Positions 62,817 through 64,000 of a stretch of 64,000 nucleotides of DNA are shown here, one piece after another. The position numbers were made by a program, and so were the translations under genes. The notes below the pieces were generated by a model, which was not told the DNA's origin, searched no databases, and saw only the letters and a program-made list of their open reading frames with translations. Every line of letters begins with the position of its first letter. Positions within the stretch are counted from its first letter, which is position 1. The DNA is from Candidatus Latescibacterota bacterium (GTDB taxonomy: Bacteria; Latescibacterota; UBA2968; GCA-2709665): assembly GCA_965248435.1 (NCBI GenBank), contig OZ252100.1:576001-640000 (forward strand), in the 5' to 3' direction.

Positions 62817-63878
62817 TCAAAAGACATCGCTGCTCCAGTAGAAAGCCTCCTCGCATTCCGGCAGGCCCTTCATCCAACGGGCAAACGACCAACCTGTGTC
62901 GATCTGCGTCAGCCCCAGAAAGGCGTGCCAGAACTCAGAGTCGGACTTGGGTCTTGCAGGCTTCTCCCCCCCTCCGAATCGTTCTGTCAGGGATTCCCAG
63001 TCGATCGTTCGGACCATCATCTTGCTGTGAAGACCCCACGCGGGTGGCGCCTGGGCAACCGCAGCCAGAGAATCCACCAAGACGTGACCTTTCGGAAGAC
63101 TCCCTCCCACCCGTTCAATCCCCCGATCCATTGCCTCCGCCAGCATCGCGCTACCCAACCCTAAGAAGGCCTTTTCGGATCCTGGCCGCGCGCACGCCTC
63201 TTTCACCCAAATTCGGTTCGGCTCCACCTCGAAGTTAAGGTAGGCAAGCAGCTGCCCCCCCGCTTCGTACCCCCAGCCGGGAAAAACACCCCGGTACCTG
63301 GATGGCCCCGATGTCCAGTAGCCTCTGGATCTGACTTCAGGTCCCGTCATCCCTTCACAGTAGTGTGCGTAGATCTCCATGACCGCCTCCAGATCCTTTT
63401 CGATCCGGACTCTCCTCACGCCCTTCCTAGGCACGGAAATGTGCAAGCCTTTTCCCAGTGCAAGCTCAAACGTCGGCAGAGGAATCGCCGACCACCCGAG
63501 CCTCTCGTAGAAGGCGGGTCCCATGACTGTAAAGAGCAGCCCCAGGTCGTAGCCCTCTCTGGCCATATAACTGACGGTTTCTCGCATCAATGCGCTCGCG
63601 TGTCCCAGCCCCCGCGACTCGGGACGCGTCAACAAACTCCCAATCCCACCCGCGCGAAGGGCTACTCCGCGTACGCGGATCTTTCGGTCCCATATCCTCA
63701 GATGGGACACGATGCGTCCCTGATCAATCACAACGCGGGATTGATCAGGGCGATATCCCGGATCCTCTCTGAAGTAGGACCAGTAGCGTGCCTCGGCCCG
63801 CTCCTTCGGCCGAAAGACCCGACATTGAAGCTCGATAAGTTCGTTAAGTTCGGATGGTTTGGCGGCTCGAATCTTCAT
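62817..63878 (-). CDS. Eis-like GNAT acetyltransferase
   Basis: GGIGSLLTRPESRGLGHAS and FYERLGW motifs; tandem GNAT-length protein. Confidence 0.8.
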   Translation of the reverse strand: MKIRAAKPSELNELIELQCRVFRPKERAEARYWSYFREDPGYRPDQSRVVIDQGRIVSHLRIWDRKIRVRGVALRAGGIGSLLTRPESRGLGHASALMRETVSYMAREGYDLGLLFTVMGPAFYERLGWSAIPLPTFELALGKGLHISVPRKGVRRVRIEKDLEAVMEIYAHYCEGMTGPEVRSRGYWTSGPSRYRGVFPGWGYEAGGQLLAYLNFEVEPNRIWVKEACARPGSEKAFLGLGSAMLAEAMDRGIERVGGSLPKGHVLVDSLAAVAQAPPAWGLHSKMMVRTIDWESLTERFGGGEKPARPKSDSEFWHAFLGLTQIDTGWSFARWMKGLPECEEAFYWSSDVF

Positions 63879-64000
63879 TCCCGTGCCATTAAGAGACTGG
63901 AACCCCTTAACCTAGATTGATGTGCGTCGAATATACGCCTGGCTTGGACGCCTGCTGAAGAAACTTGCATGACGAAGACTGCACCCGCTGCGCCAGGCCA

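Overview
A GC-rich (roughly 58%, by eye) bacterial chromosomal segment, probably from a non-Bacteroidota member of the FCB group such as Latescibacterota. That placement is inferred from the SprA/Gld genes and a Fibrobacter-type LexA box. In order, the window holds: (1) a co-oriented run of small GNAT, HAD, NUDIX and phosphatase genes that includes two disrupted genes; (2) gldA-gldF-gldG plus a DUF4340-like gene; (3) manC, nth, a PilZ gene, a TetR / cNMP-binding / HD-phosphohydrolase trio and an M23 peptidase; (4) lptFG divergent from a sprA-comEA-pilM-like-coaD-obgE-dprA operon; (5) lexA with a visible SOS box; (6) a hypothetical / TIM-barrel / PqqD-like trio; (7) an 11-subunit complex I operon (nuoABCDHIJKLMN, no nuoEFG) divergent from sufBCDSU-sufT-Rrf2; (8) a second nuoB, nfuA and a radical SAM enzyme whose apparent TGA stop is most likely selenocysteine (CUAEP tail followed by a SECIS-like hairpin), then a small Cys-tailed protein and a convergent ATP-grasp ligase; (9) a phosphoglucomutase, an IlvD-family dehydratase, a FapA/DUF342 gene and an Eis-like GNAT. 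At least five genes carry single-base frameshifts, which suggests consensus indel errors. No rRNA, tRNA, CRISPR array or mobile element was seen. Family calls come from motifs recognised by eye; no database searches were run.
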